From an uncultured Clostridia bacterium (GTDB lineage: Bacteria > Bacillota > Clostridia > Saccharofermentanales > Saccharofermentanaceae): a stretch of 64,000 nt of DNA. The stretch is from NCBI GenBank assembly GCA_947302815.1, contig CAMYWO010000001.1, forward strand, positions 42,637-106,636, read 5' to 3'. Position numbers and translations under genes: made by a program. The notes beneath the pieces were generated by a model, which did no database searches, had not been told where the DNA came from, and saw only the letters and a program-made list of their open reading frames with translations. Shown one piece after another: positions 43,936 through 53,119 of the stretch; positions within the stretch are counted from its first letter, which is position 1; every line of letters starts with the position of its first letter.

Positions 43936-45003
43936 TTAGTAAAGCGGCTTGTTGAGACCCAGGGACTTCTCGAGATCCTGCATATCGTATGTAGCATCTG
44001 CGATGGTCTGATAGTTGACGAATCCTTCCTTGTAAAGACGGATGAGGTCTTCGTTGAGGGTATGCATGCCGAGGGAACGGCTGGACTGCATAGCACCCGG
44101 GATCATCTGGATCTTTTCCTCGAGGATGAGGTTCTTGATTGCGTTGGTTCCTACCATGATCTCGGTAGCGAGGATACGTCCTGTGCCATCCTTGATCGGG
44201 AGGAGCTGCTGGGAAATAACGCCACGGATGTTGGTAGCGAACTGCTGACGGATGATCGCCTGCTTGTCGGACGGAGAACCATCGATGATACGGTTGATGG
44301 TCTGGCCGGCACCGGTGGTGTGGAGAGTGGAGAGAACGAGGTGGCCTGTCTCAGCAGCTGTGATAGCAGCGGAGATGGTCTCGAAGTCACGCATCTCACC
44401 AACGAAGATGATATCCGGGTCTTCACGCAGAGAAGAGTGAAGTGCGCTTGCGAAAGAATCTGTATCGCGATGGAGTTCGCGCTGGTGGATCATGGCGCGG
44501 TTATGAGGATAGATGTACTCGATCGGGTCCTCGATCGTGATAACGTGTCTGGCCTCGTTCTTGTTGATGTAGTCAACGATTGCGGCCATGGTGGTCGTCT
44601 TACCGGAACCCGTAGGACCGGTAACAAGGATGATACCGTTCTTCGCGGAAGCCATTGTCTTTACAACGTCCGGAAGACCGAGCTCTTCGAATTCAGGAAT
44701 CTGAGCCATGAGGAGGCGGATGCTGCAGGCCAGGTTGTTGCGCTGATGATAAACGTTCGCTCTGATTCTGACTTCGTTGTCGATCATAAGACCGAGGTCG
44801 ATGTCCTCACCGGCTTCTACACGTGCGATCTCTTCATTAGAGAGGATCGTGTAGATCATTGCAAGGGATTCTTCCGCCGTAGGACGCTCGTCGAGAATAT
44901 GGAGAGTTCCGTATCTTCTAACCGCTAAGTTGGTACCTACAGTAATATGTACGTCGGAACAATCTTGCTCGATGGCATAATCCATTAATTGTTCAAAAGT
45001 CAT
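43936..45003 (-). CDS. pilT: Type IV pilus retraction ATPase PilT-like
   Basis: 355 aa; DVHITVG..., Walker A GPTGSGKTTT, LVLSTLHT, and PilT-type AIRNLI-like NAIKNLILEEK. RBS GGAGGTG. No other pilus gene in the window. Confidence 0.88.
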   Translation of the reverse strand: MTFEQLMDYAIEQDCSDVHITVGTNLAVRRYGTLHILDERPTAEESLAMIYTILSNEEIARVEAGEDIDLGLMIDNEVRIRANVYHQRNNLACSIRLLMAQIPEFEELGLPDVVKTMASAKNGIILVTGPTGSGKTTTMAAIVDYINKNEARHVITIEDPIEYIYPHNRAMIHQRELHRDTDSFASALHSSLREDPDIIFVGEMRDFETISAAITAAETGHLVLSTLHTTGAGQTINRIIDGSPSDKQAIIRQQFATNIRGVISQQLLPIKDGTGRILATEIMVGTNAIKNLILEEKIQMIPGAMQSSRSLGMHTLNEDLIRLYKEGFVNYQTIADATYDMQDLEKSLGLNKPLY

Positions 45004-45249
45004 AAGTACACCTCCGAAATAAAGATATGTACATTATACATGAAAACAAATTCCTTTGATACAATTTTTTGGCATCTTTCGCATGATTGTCACTTTTTCT
45101 TCAAGATTGAGTGAGCCGCCGCATTTTTATCTTGAGAATTTAGGCGGAACGTTAGTATTCTGTCACCTAATCTGTGTGCCCGACGCGTATAATATGTCAT
45201 GAAAGTGAGCGGAATATGAACAGTTCCGCGGAGCGGCAGAGGTAAAAAA

Positions 45250-46311
45250 ATGAAAAGAAACCGAATTGCAGCAGGAATCGTGCTGACCATGATAATGAAC
45301 AGTGCTTTTGCCACGGGATGTGCGGGGAAAAAGACAAAGGATACGGAGGTATCCGGCTCATCTTCCGCTGCCTTCGAAAGTACGGAAGAGCAGAAGATCA
45401 TCGAGCCGCCGACGGGAACTACTTCATATTCATCTTCTCCGGAAAGTGCTTCGGAACTGACCGCGCCCTCTACGGAAGCGACTTCTGCCACGACGTCTGA
45501 AACGACGGAAGAAACGACATCGGAGACAACTTCCGCGCCGGCGGATTATCTCTCTGAGATCCGTGCGCTGAGAAATAAGATTACGGAGAATGCGGGATAT
45601 TATGATTCCCTCGATAACACCATGAAGGAAAGCTGGTGCTTCAAGAGAAAAGAAGACCACTCGGTTTCCGGTTCCTACGAATTCTTTACGATCAAGGACT
45701 ATAACGGTGCGTATGTCAACGATCGCGTGCCGGAAGGAGATAAGGTCATTTATCTGACTTTTGACTGCGGTTATCCGTCCGACAAGACGGTCGCGATCCT
45801 GGATACGCTGAAAAAGCATAATGTGAAGGCGAGCTTCTTCGTCACGAAGATGTACCTCGAAAAGTGCTCGGACTACGCTATCCGCATGAAGGAAGAAGGC
45901 CATATGGTCTGTAACCACACAGTCACCCACTCGGATCTGGTCCCGATGAGCGTTGCAGAGATCGCCAACGAGATCTTCGATACGGCGGAGTATTTCTACG
46001 AGAAGACGGGATATACGCTCGATCCGTATTTCCGTACGCCGAAGGGAACCTACACAAAGAAGCTGATGACGATCATCAGCGATGCGGGATATAAGACGGT
46101 GTTCTGGAGTATCGCATACAACGACTACACACCGAGCGCGCAGCCGGAGCCCGGATATGTACTGGATCACTTCCGGACATACCATCACAACGGTGCCATC
46201 GCGCTCATGCACAATGACTCCCAGTCAAATGTCAATGAACTGGATGCGGTGCTGACCTACCTGGAAGGCGAAGGATACCGGTTCGGCCTTCTGGACGAAC
46301 TGGATCAGTAA
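45250..46311 (+). CDS. Polysaccharide deacetylase lipoprotein (NodB domain, PdaA-like)
   Basis: Lipobox AFATGC; S/T/E-rich linker; VIYLTFDCGY...KASFFVTKMY...VCNHTVTHSDL...IALMHNDS. Confidence 0.88.
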   Translation: MKRNRIAAGIVLTMIMNSAFATGCAGKKTKDTEVSGSSSAAFESTEEQKIIEPPTGTTSYSSSPESASELTAPSTEATSATTSETTEETTSETTSAPADYLSEIRALRNKITENAGYYDSLDNTMKESWCFKRKEDHSVSGSYEFFTIKDYNGAYVNDRVPEGDKVIYLTFDCGYPSDKTVAILDTLKKHNVKASFFVTKMYLEKCSDYAIRMKEEGHMVCNHTVTHSDLVPMSVAEIANEIFDTAEYFYEKTGYTLDPYFRTPKGTYTKKLMTIISDAGYKTVFWSIAYNDYTPSAQPEPGYVLDHFRTYHHNGAIALMHNDSQSNVNELDAVLTYLEGEGYRFGLLDELDQ

Positions 46312-46346
46312 ACGGTTTTTGCCGGAAAAGCACTGCTGCCCTACGA

Positions 46347-46613
46347 TTATTCTACGATCGCGTTGATCTTCTTAAGCTCGGACAGAGCGCGTGTTACATC
46401 TCCCTCGATGACCTCGCGGGGAGCGTCAAACTTCTCCTGCATGGAAGAGATGATCTCTTCCTCGGTAGTATCTTCCTTCAGAAGATTCAGGATCGCGCCG
46501 AAGGTACGGTTCCCGCGGACAACGCCGGAAAAATCCGCGTCCGCTACGGGAATGAGAAGATACTCGCCGTCATCTTCCTGTGTGTGGATCAGAAAATTAG
46601 GAGAAAGCTTCAT
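46347..46613 (-). CDS. PqqD-like small protein (RiPP-recognition-element fold)
   Basis: 88 aa; EYLLIPVAD...GVVRGNRTFGAILNLLKEDTTEEEIISSMQEKFDAPREVIEGDVTRALSELKKINAI follows the PqqD family pattern. RBS GAGGTAAGGA. Confidence 0.7.
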   Translation of the reverse strand: MKLSPNFLIHTQEDDGEYLLIPVADADFSGVVRGNRTFGAILNLLKEDTTEEEIISSMQEKFDAPREVIEGDVTRALSELKKINAIVE

Positions 46614-46633
46614 ATCCTTACCTCACGCTTCAC

Positions 46634-47206
46634 TTACTGGACCGGTACGAAAGGAAGCTCGATCGGCTCATCGCCACCCTTGTTGGAGGACGGAGCAGAA
46701 GTGGGCTTGGATGTCGGATCGGTAGAATCTGTATTCTTTGTTTCCTTGTTGTTGCCCGGATCTTTTCCTGTATCGCCCGGAACGATGATGACTTCACCCT
46801 CGCCATTCATGGACGGCTGCTTCTGCTCGGGCTGTGAACCACTGGTGGATGAATCCGCAGGGTCGGAAGAATTTGACGGATCAGCAGTACCAGTACCTGT
46901 GGCCGAAGGATCTTTCGTGGAAGAAGGATCGGCTGCATCCGAACTTGCTGAAGGATCAGCAGGTGTTGTTGCATCTCCGGAAGCGGAAGATGCGGATGAT
47001 GCATCACTCGGCGGGACGATCGTATTTCCGTCGGCATCAGTTGCAACGGTGGTCGTTGTGATCTCGGAACCGTTAGCATCTGTTGCAGGTGTATCTTTCT
47101 TCTTGCTGCTGCCGCCAAGTGCGAATACCAGTACGAGTACGACGACCAGCACGAGAGCTGCGGCAGCGGATGCGATAATAATCAGTTTCTTTTTGTCTAA
47201 ATTCAT
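46634..47206 (-). CDS. Membrane-anchored S/T/D/P-rich low-complexity protein
   Basis: 190 aa; N-terminal anchor LIIIASAAAALVLVVVLVLVFAL, with the remainder low-complexity. RBS GGAG. The antisense 226-aa ORF was rejected. Confidence 0.6.
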   Translation of the reverse strand: MNLDKKKLIIIASAAAALVLVVVLVLVFALGGSSKKKDTPATDANGSEITTTTVATDADGNTIVPPSDASSASSASGDATTPADPSASSDAADPSSTKDPSATGTGTADPSNSSDPADSSTSGSQPEQKQPSMNGEGEVIIVPGDTGKDPGNNKETKNTDSTDPTSKPTSAPSSNKGGDEPIELPFVPVQ

Positions 47207-47507
47207 ATCCTTAACTCCATTCAGCGGCTTGGAAATACGCTATTTCAAGGTAGTTCTCAATTAATCTTCACAATTATATCATTCGGAAGAATAGATTTCT
47301 ACATATATGATAAAAGTCTGGAAATATAAGTAACGCTAATAAAAATGCGCATATATCATATAGATACCGGAAGGCGGAGTGCGATATAATACGTTTGTCG
47401 GACAGTTCCTCCCGGTTTTCGGTGTACGGGAGAACCCGTCAGACAGATTCATTTTCTGCCCTTAAGGCGGATAATGAGGTTGATTTCTTGCTTTTCGGGC
47501 TTTAGGG

Positions 47508-47536
47508 TTGACCGGTCCCGTGACATGTGATATTCT
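47508..47536 (+). promoter_or_regulatory. Putative sigma-A promoter of the rpsF-ssb-rpsR operon
   Basis: TTGACC (47508-47513), 17-nt spacer, TATTCT (47531-47536). Followed by a leader of about 100 nt containing the hairpin CTCTCAT/ATGAGAG; an S6:S18-type autoregulatory leader is plausible but not verified. Confidence 0.45.
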
Positions 47537-47646
47537 ATCATGTGCTGCGAAGGATGCAGAGAACATATACATATATGTGAGAAATATCCTCGCTCTCATC
47601 GAAGAAGGTATGAGAGCCGTTCTAGTCCAGGAGGAGGTGAGAAATC

Positions 47647-47934
47647 ATGGCGAACAAGTATGAAATGATGGTTGTTCTGAGCCCGGTACTCGGTGATGAA
47701 GGTATTACTTCTACCACAGAGGCGATCAAGGCTAAGATCGAGTCTGCTGCTACAATCGACTCTATGGAGTCCCTTGGCATGAAGAAGATGGCTTACGAGA
47801 TCGAGGATCAGAAGGACGGTTTCTATCTTCTGTTCAACTTCACATCTGATGCCGATTTCCCGAAGGAGATCGAGCGTGTGCTGAAGATCACAGAAGGCGT
47901 ACTGCGTTTCCTTGTTATCCGCATTGAGGAGTAA
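47647..47934 (+). CDS. rpsF: 30S ribosomal protein S6
   Basis: 95 aa; MANKYEMMVVLSP...MKKMAYEI...GFYLLFNF. RBS GGAGGAGG. Confidence 0.95.
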   Translation: MANKYEMMVVLSPVLGDEGITSTTEAIKAKIESAATIDSMESLGMKKMAYEIEDQKDGFYLLFNFTSDADFPKEIERVLKITEGVLRFLVIRIEE

Positions 47935-47957
47935 TTCGGTAAAAGGGAGTAACGACT

Positions 47958-48443
47958 ATGAACAAAGTAATTCTAATGGGTAGATTGACCAAGGATCCGG
48001 AAGTTAAGCAGACTCCGAGCAATATCGCTGTTTGCTCTTTCACGATCGCATGTGACAGACGCTTTAAGAGCCAGAACGGCGAGAGACAGTCTGATTTCAT
48101 CAACTGTGTCGCTTGGCGCCAGCAGGCGACTCTTCTCGGAAACTATTTCCACAAGGGTTCCCGTATCGCAGTGGTCGGTTCCCTGCAGTCCAGAAGCTAT
48201 GATGATCAGAATGGCCAGAAGAGATATGTGACCGAGGTCGTTGTCGACGAGATCGAATTCGTTGATACACGCGCTGAGGGACAGGCTTCCGCACCGGCAC
48301 AGTCTTCTGCTCCGGCTCCGAGCCAGACGGCTTCCGTTGTCGCACAGACACCGCCGCCGGCACAGCAGATCGATCCCGGTTTTGAGGCTTCCATGGACTC
48401 CGATGACAGTTCACAGCTTCCTTTTGACGTAATGGGTTATTGA
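47958..48443 (+). CDS. ssb: Single-stranded DNA-binding protein
   Basis: [19 protein letters not shown]...[11 protein letters not shown]; Pro/Gln/Ala-rich linker; acidic tail [10 protein letters not shown]. Confidence 0.95.
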   Translation: MNKVILMGRLTKDPEVKQTPSNIAVCSFTIACDRRFKSQNGERQSDFINCVAWRQQATLLGNYFHKGSRIAVVGSLQSRSYDDQNGQKRYVTEVVVDEIEFVDTRAEGQASAPAQSSAPAPSQTASVVAQTPPPAQQIDPGFEASMDSDDSSQLPFDVMGY

Positions 48444-48496
48444 CAGTAGAGGACACCGCATGTGTCCGATATCTTTCGAAAGGAGATTACATTACT

Positions 48497-48772
48497 ATGG
48501 CTGAAAATAGAGCACCTAAGGCACCGGCTCGTGAGTTCGGTGATCGCGGCATGAAGCAGAGACGTTCCAGAAGAAAGGTCTGCGCTTTCTGTGCTGATAA
48601 GGTAGAAATGATCGATTATAAGGATCAGGCTCGTCTTCGCAAGTTCGTATCTGAGCGCGGCAAGATCCTGCCGAAGCGTATGACAGGTACCTGCGCGAAG
48701 CACCAGAGAGAGCTGACAATTGCGATCAAGCGTGCAAGACACGTTGCACTTCTGCCGTTTGTAGCGGACTAA
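48497..48772 (+). CDS. rpsR: 30S ribosomal protein S18
   Basis: Start at MAENRAPK (RBS AGGAGA). [19 protein letters not shown]...[35 protein letters not shown]. Confidence 0.95.
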   Translation: MAENRAPKAPAREFGDRGMKQRRSRRKVCAFCADKVEMIDYKDQARLRKFVSERGKILPKRMTGTCAKHQRELTIAIKRARHVALLPFVAD

Positions 48773-48811
48773 TCTTCCGTTTACATAACTGCCTTTACAG
48801 TTTATAATGAT

Positions 48812-48847
48812 AAGCACCTGTATTTTGGATACGGGTGCTTATTTTTT
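48812..48847 (+). terminator. Rho-independent terminator after rpsR
   Basis: AAGCACC (48812-48818) pairs with GGTGCTT (48834-48840), followed by ATTTTTT. Confidence 0.7.
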
Positions 48848-48899
48848 GTCTTTTCACGGCAAAAAGAAGCGAAATCAGAAGAACCCGGAGGACAAGGAA

Positions 48900-49343
48900 A
48901 TGAAGTGTATCTTATTAGCAGACGTCAAGGGTCTGGGCAAGAAGGACGATATTGTCGAGGTAAATGACGGATATGCCAGGAATTTCCTTCTGAAAAAGAA
49001 ACTGGCCTGCGAAGCGACCGCAGACAACATGAATAAGAACAAGCTCAAGAAGGGCTCGGAGGCAGAACATGCACGCCGTGTCCTCGAGGAAGCCAGAGCC
49101 AACGGCAAGCTCCTGGACGGCAAGACCGTTCAGCTCGCGGTCAAGACAGGTGAAGGCGGACGCCTCTACGGTGCCGTAACCGCGATGGATGTAGCAGATG
49201 CTATTAAGAAGGCCGGCTTCGACGTAGATAAGAAGAACGTAATCATCAAGAACCCGATCAAGTCCTTAGGTACTTACGAAGTGACTGCGAAACTGCATAC
49301 GCAGGTCAGCGTCAAGGTCAACGTAGAAGTCGTTGCCGAGTAA
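48900..49343 (+). CDS. rplI: 50S ribosomal protein L9
   Basis: Start at [31 protein letters not shown] (RBS GGAGGACAAGG); 147 aa. Confidence 0.93.
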   Translation: MKCILLADVKGLGKKDDIVEVNDGYARNFLLKKKLACEATADNMNKNKLKKGSEAEHARRVLEEARANGKLLDGKTVQLAVKTGEGGRLYGAVTAMDVADAIKKAGFDVDKKNVIIKNPIKSLGTYEVTAKLHTQVSVKVNVEVVAE

Positions 49344-49353
49344 GGAGATACCA

Positions 49354-51096
49354 ATGGCCGGATCCGCAAATAATGACAGAGCGATCCTGACACGAGTGCC
49401 CCCGCAGAATAACGATGCGGAAGTGGCGGTGCTCTGCTGCTGTCTGGATTCCCAGAATACGATCACGACTGTCGCCTCGTATCTTGATCCGAGTGACTTT
49501 TATACACCGGCTCACCAGAAGATCTATGAGACGATCTATCATCTGTATTCCGAGTCGAAGTCGATCGACCTGATCACGGTCGGCGATGAACTGAAGAAGC
49601 AGGGAGATCTCGAGAAGGTCGGCGGTATGGCGTACTTAAGTACGATCGTCGATGCGCATGCGCTTTTGTCGAACCTGTCGGAGTATATCAACATCGTCCG
49701 GCAGAAGTCCATGAGCCGTAAGATCATCAAGTCCATGGAGGATCTGACCCGTCAGACCTACGAGGGAGAGACGGATCCGGGTAATCTTATCGAGATCGCT
49801 ATCTCGCGCCTTTCAGAGCTCCGTGACAGTAAGTCGGATGAAGCGCTTGTTTCCCTGAAGGAGATCCTTCAGGAGACGGTCAAGAATATCGTTAACCCGC
49901 CGAAGAACCGTGCGGTCATGAGTCACTTTACCATGCTCGATCACGTTACGAACGGATTCCGTCCCGGTACGCTCACGATCGTTGCCGCCCGTCCTTCTAT
50001 GGGTAAATCGGCATTCGTTATCAACATTGCCGTTAACGTAGCACTGAAGGATCACCAGCCGGTCGCTTTCTTCAGCCTCGAAATGAATGGACAGGAGATC
50101 GCCAACCGTATCCTCGCTTCGCGCTGTGATATCTCGATCTCGACACTTCAGAACGCCAAGAGGCTCTCTCAGGATGAACTGGGCAGGATCAACGGATCCA
50201 TGCCGATGCTGGGAAATACGCCGCTTTATATCGATGAGCATTCGGGCTTAAATACCGCGGAGATCCTGACCCGATGCAGGGAACTGCAGAACCGTCTCGG
50301 AAAGAAGCTCGGTCTGATCTGCATCGACTATCTCCAGCTGATGAATCCGGCGGTAGAACGTAAGAATGCTTCCCGTCAGCAGGAAGTATCGGATATTTCC
50401 CGTGCCCTGAAGCTGATGGCAAAAGAACTGGATGTTCCTGTTATTGCGCTGGCACAGCTGTCCCGTGAATCGGAGAAGCGTGATGACCACATCCCGGTAC
50501 TGTCGGACCTCCGTGACTCCGGTGCGATCGAGCAGGATGCCGATATGGTTATGTTCATCCACCGTCCGGATTACTATAAGCATAAGGATGAGTCCGAAGA
50601 CGAAGAAGAGAGCACCAAGCAGGAGAAGTTCAAGAGGATCGATAAGGAAGAGATCCAGCGCGCTATGATCGTTGTAGCGAAGAACCGTCAGGGTCCTACC
50701 ACGAATATCTTCCTATCCTGGAACGGTTCCAGAACGACCTTCTTTGAAAAGGAGAAGGCGGATCCGAACGCGGCTTCTACACCTTCAGATGCCGACGCAC
50801 CGCCGCCGTGGAGTGATACACCGGTCCCGGATGACCTGTTTACGGATCCGACGCTTCAGATCCCGCAGAAGACGATCGATGCCCACCATGAAGAAAGTGC
50901 TTCTTCAGCGCCTGCAGCGACTGCGCCTCAGTCCGCAGCTCCGGCACCCGATCCGCTGGATGCGGCTCTGTTCTCCGGAGATCCTTCCATGGAGTTTGAA
51001 TCTCTGGATATGACGGAATGGTCGCAGGATCAGTATGATGAACCTGCTGAGCCGGGTTACTTTGATGATCCCGGGCAGTTCCCGGATGGAGTGTAG
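49354..51096 (+). CDS. dnaB: Replicative DNA helicase DnaB with a low-complexity C-terminal extension of about 116 aa
   Basis: Start MAGSANN (RBS AAGGAG). PPQNNDAEVAVLCCCL; Walker A ARPSMGKSAF; LICIDYLQLM; ALAQLSRESEKR; RDSGAIEQDADMVMFIHR. Confidence 0.93.
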   Translation: MAGSANNDRAILTRVPPQNNDAEVAVLCCCLDSQNTITTVASYLDPSDFYTPAHQKIYETIYHLYSESKSIDLITVGDELKKQGDLEKVGGMAYLSTIVDAHALLSNLSEYINIVRQKSMSRKIIKSMEDLTRQTYEGETDPGNLIEIAISRLSELRDSKSDEALVSLKEILQETVKNIVNPPKNRAVMSHFTMLDHVTNGFRPGTLTIVAARPSMGKSAFVINIAVNVALKDHQPVAFFSLEMNGQEIANRILASRCDISISTLQNAKRLSQDELGRINGSMPMLGNTPLYIDEHSGLNTAEILTRCRELQNRLGKKLGLICIDYLQLMNPAVERKNASRQQEVSDISRALKLMAKELDVPVIALAQLSRESEKRDDHIPVLSDLRDSGAIEQDADMVMFIHRPDYYKHKDESEDEEESTKQEKFKRIDKEEIQRAMIVVAKNRQGPTTNIFLSWNGSRTTFFEKEKADPNAASTPSDADAPPPWSDTPVPDDLFTDPTLQIPQKTIDAHHEESASSAPAATAPQSAAPAPDPLDAALFSGDPSMEFESLDMTEWSQDQYDEPAEPGYFDDPGQFPDGV

Positions 51097-51100
51097 ATAA

Positions 51101-52564
51101 GTGGAAGACCTGATCACTTTGGTCGAGAAGTATATTGAGAAGCACCGACTGCTGCCGGCTGTCTGGCTGGTCGTCGGTGTATCAGGAGGCGCCGATTCGA
51201 TGGCGCTTCTGTTCGTTTTGAAGGATATCCGTGACCGTAAATACCCGGACATGCCGATCCTTTGTGCACATGTGAACCATGGAATCCGGGAAGAAGCCGA
51301 TGCCGATCAGAAAACTGTTTCAGATTTCTGTGACGAACTCGGCATCGCTTTTTTGCCTAAACATGTGGATATTCCCGCGATGGCGGAAAAGCAGGGCATC
51401 AGTCTGGAGACGGCCGGAAGGATCGCAAGATACGAATTCTTCCGCAGTTTTACAGGAGATGACGGAGTCATCGCGGTAGCCCACCACATGGAGGACCAGG
51501 CGGAAAGCATCGCTATGCATATCTTCCGCGGCTGTGGGATGGAAGGTCTTTGCGGGATCCGTCCGAAAAATGGTAATGTGATCCATCCGTTCCTGGGTCT
51601 GCATAAAAAAGACATCCTGGAATTCGTCAAATCGAGAGGTATTCCTTTCTGTAACGATGTTACAAACGCTGATATTACTTACGATCGGAACTTTTTAAGA
51701 AATGAGATCTTCCCGCGTATCGCAACCGGTCTTGATCGGGATCCGGTGGCTGCGCTGACCGGCCTTTCCGAAAGGATCACCGAGGAAAACGACTATTTGG
51801 ACGAACTCGCAGCACAGAAACTGGGAGATGCGGAAGACCTCGACCGCGAGGAATTTCTTGCCCTGCCGAAAGTCTTGAAAAGACGAGTGCTCAAACTTCT
51901 GGCGATCCGCACATTCGGTGATGTGGTCGATCTGGAAGCATGCCACTGGGATGCAGTTTCAGCCCTGGCGGAAAAGTCTTTCGGATCCGCATACGTCGAT
52001 CTTCCGGGAGACCGGGCAGCGGCAAGGGAGGCGGGAAAGATCCGCTTTCTTTCAGGGAAAAGTGCTTTTGACGGGGGAAAATCGGGATTTGTTGAAGGCG
52101 CAGGCCTGATCATTCCTGAAGATCTGGAAGGGGAGGTACTACCGCTCCGGGATCTGCCTTTAGGAGAAATAGTTAATTTTTCCCAAAGTTTTGTGTCAAT
52201 GAGACTCCGCTCCGTTGAGAATGAGGGGCATATAGTATATAATAATTTGACTTGGTTTTTCCCTTCCTCGGTGCTGGAGGACACGGTCATCCGGACCAGA
52301 AGACAGGGAGATACCATACTCCGGGCCGGGAATACCTGCCATAAGGAATTGCGCCGATTCATGAATGAGGTACATATTCCGCCGAGGTTCCGGGACCGGA
52401 TGCTTCTTGTGGCAAAGGGGCAGGAGATCCTGTGGCTACCGGGATTTGCGCACTCCGTAGGCTTTACGGATGCGGAATCTGAAGGGAAATACAGGGCTAT
52501 GATATTGGAAAACAAAAGTGAGGAAGATCTCTTCGCTTTAGAGTTTTTCGGGGAGCAGGCGTGA
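51101..52564 (+). CDS. tilS: tRNA(Ile)-lysidine synthetase
   Basis: GTG start; PP-loop VGVSGGADSMALL; 487 aa. Confidence 0.9.
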   Translation: MEDLITLVEKYIEKHRLLPAVWLVVGVSGGADSMALLFVLKDIRDRKYPDMPILCAHVNHGIREEADADQKTVSDFCDELGIAFLPKHVDIPAMAEKQGISLETAGRIARYEFFRSFTGDDGVIAVAHHMEDQAESIAMHIFRGCGMEGLCGIRPKNGNVIHPFLGLHKKDILEFVKSRGIPFCNDVTNADITYDRNFLRNEIFPRIATGLDRDPVAALTGLSERITEENDYLDELAAQKLGDAEDLDREEFLALPKVLKRRVLKLLAIRTFGDVVDLEACHWDAVSALAEKSFGSAYVDLPGDRAAAREAGKIRFLSGKSAFDGGKSGFVEGAGLIIPEDLEGEVLPLRDLPLGEIVNFSQSFVSMRLRSVENEGHIVYNNLTWFFPSSVLEDTVIRTRRQGDTILRAGNTCHKELRRFMNEVHIPPRFRDRMLLVAKGQEILWLPGFAHSVGFTDAESEGKYRAMILENKSEEDLFALEFFGEQA

Positions 52565-52582
52565 AAGAAAGGAGATCGGAAA

Positions 52583-53119
52583 ATGGAAAGAGTTTCGGAA
52601 ACACTGGTAAGTCGTAAAGAAATCGAAGCGGCGGTTACCCGTCTCGCCAAAGAGATCTCTGAAGATTACAAGGGAAAAGATCTGATCGTGGTCGGTATCC
52701 TCAAAGGAGCAGCGGTTTTCCTCGCTGATCTGATCCGCAAGATCGACTGTCCCATGATCATGGACTTCATGCAGGTTTCAAGCTATTACAACGGTACCGT
52801 CTCGTCCGGGAACGTCAAGATCAAGAAAGATCTGGACTACGATATCTCGGGCAAGGACGTCCTGATAGTGGAAGATATCATTGATTCCGGCGTTACCATG
52901 CAGTGCCTGAAGAGAGAGCTTTTCTCGAGAAATCCTAACAGCATCAGGGTCGTGGCGGCTTTTGACAAGCCTTCCCGCCGTACTGTGGATTTCAGAGCGG
53001 ACTATATCGGCATCGAGGTGCCGGATAAGTTCATCGTCGGGTACGGTCTGGACTATGCGGGAAAATACAGAAATCTTCCGGACGTATGTGTGCTTGAAGT
53101 TGACGGAGGTGACAAATGA
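52583..53119 (+). CDS. hpt: Hypoxanthine phosphoribosyltransferase
   Basis: 178 aa; PRPP motif [13 protein letters not shown]; [18 protein letters not shown]. Confidence 0.93.
   Translation: MERVSETLVSRKEIEAAVTRLAKEISEDYKGKDLIVVGILKGAAVFLADLIRKIDCPMIMDFMQVSSYYNGTVSSGNVKIKKDLDYDISGKDVLIVEDIIDSGVTMQCLKRELFSRNPNSIRVVAAFDKPSRRTVDFRADYIGIEVPDKFIVGYGLDYAGKYRNLPDVCVLEVDGGDK

Noticed and set aside
46584-47264. 226-aa + strand ORF overlapping the low-complexity gene
   Set aside because: The minus-strand frame has a good RBS, an N-terminal membrane anchor, and lies in an operon with the PqqD-like gene. The + frame is a mirror low-complexity artefact with no RBS.
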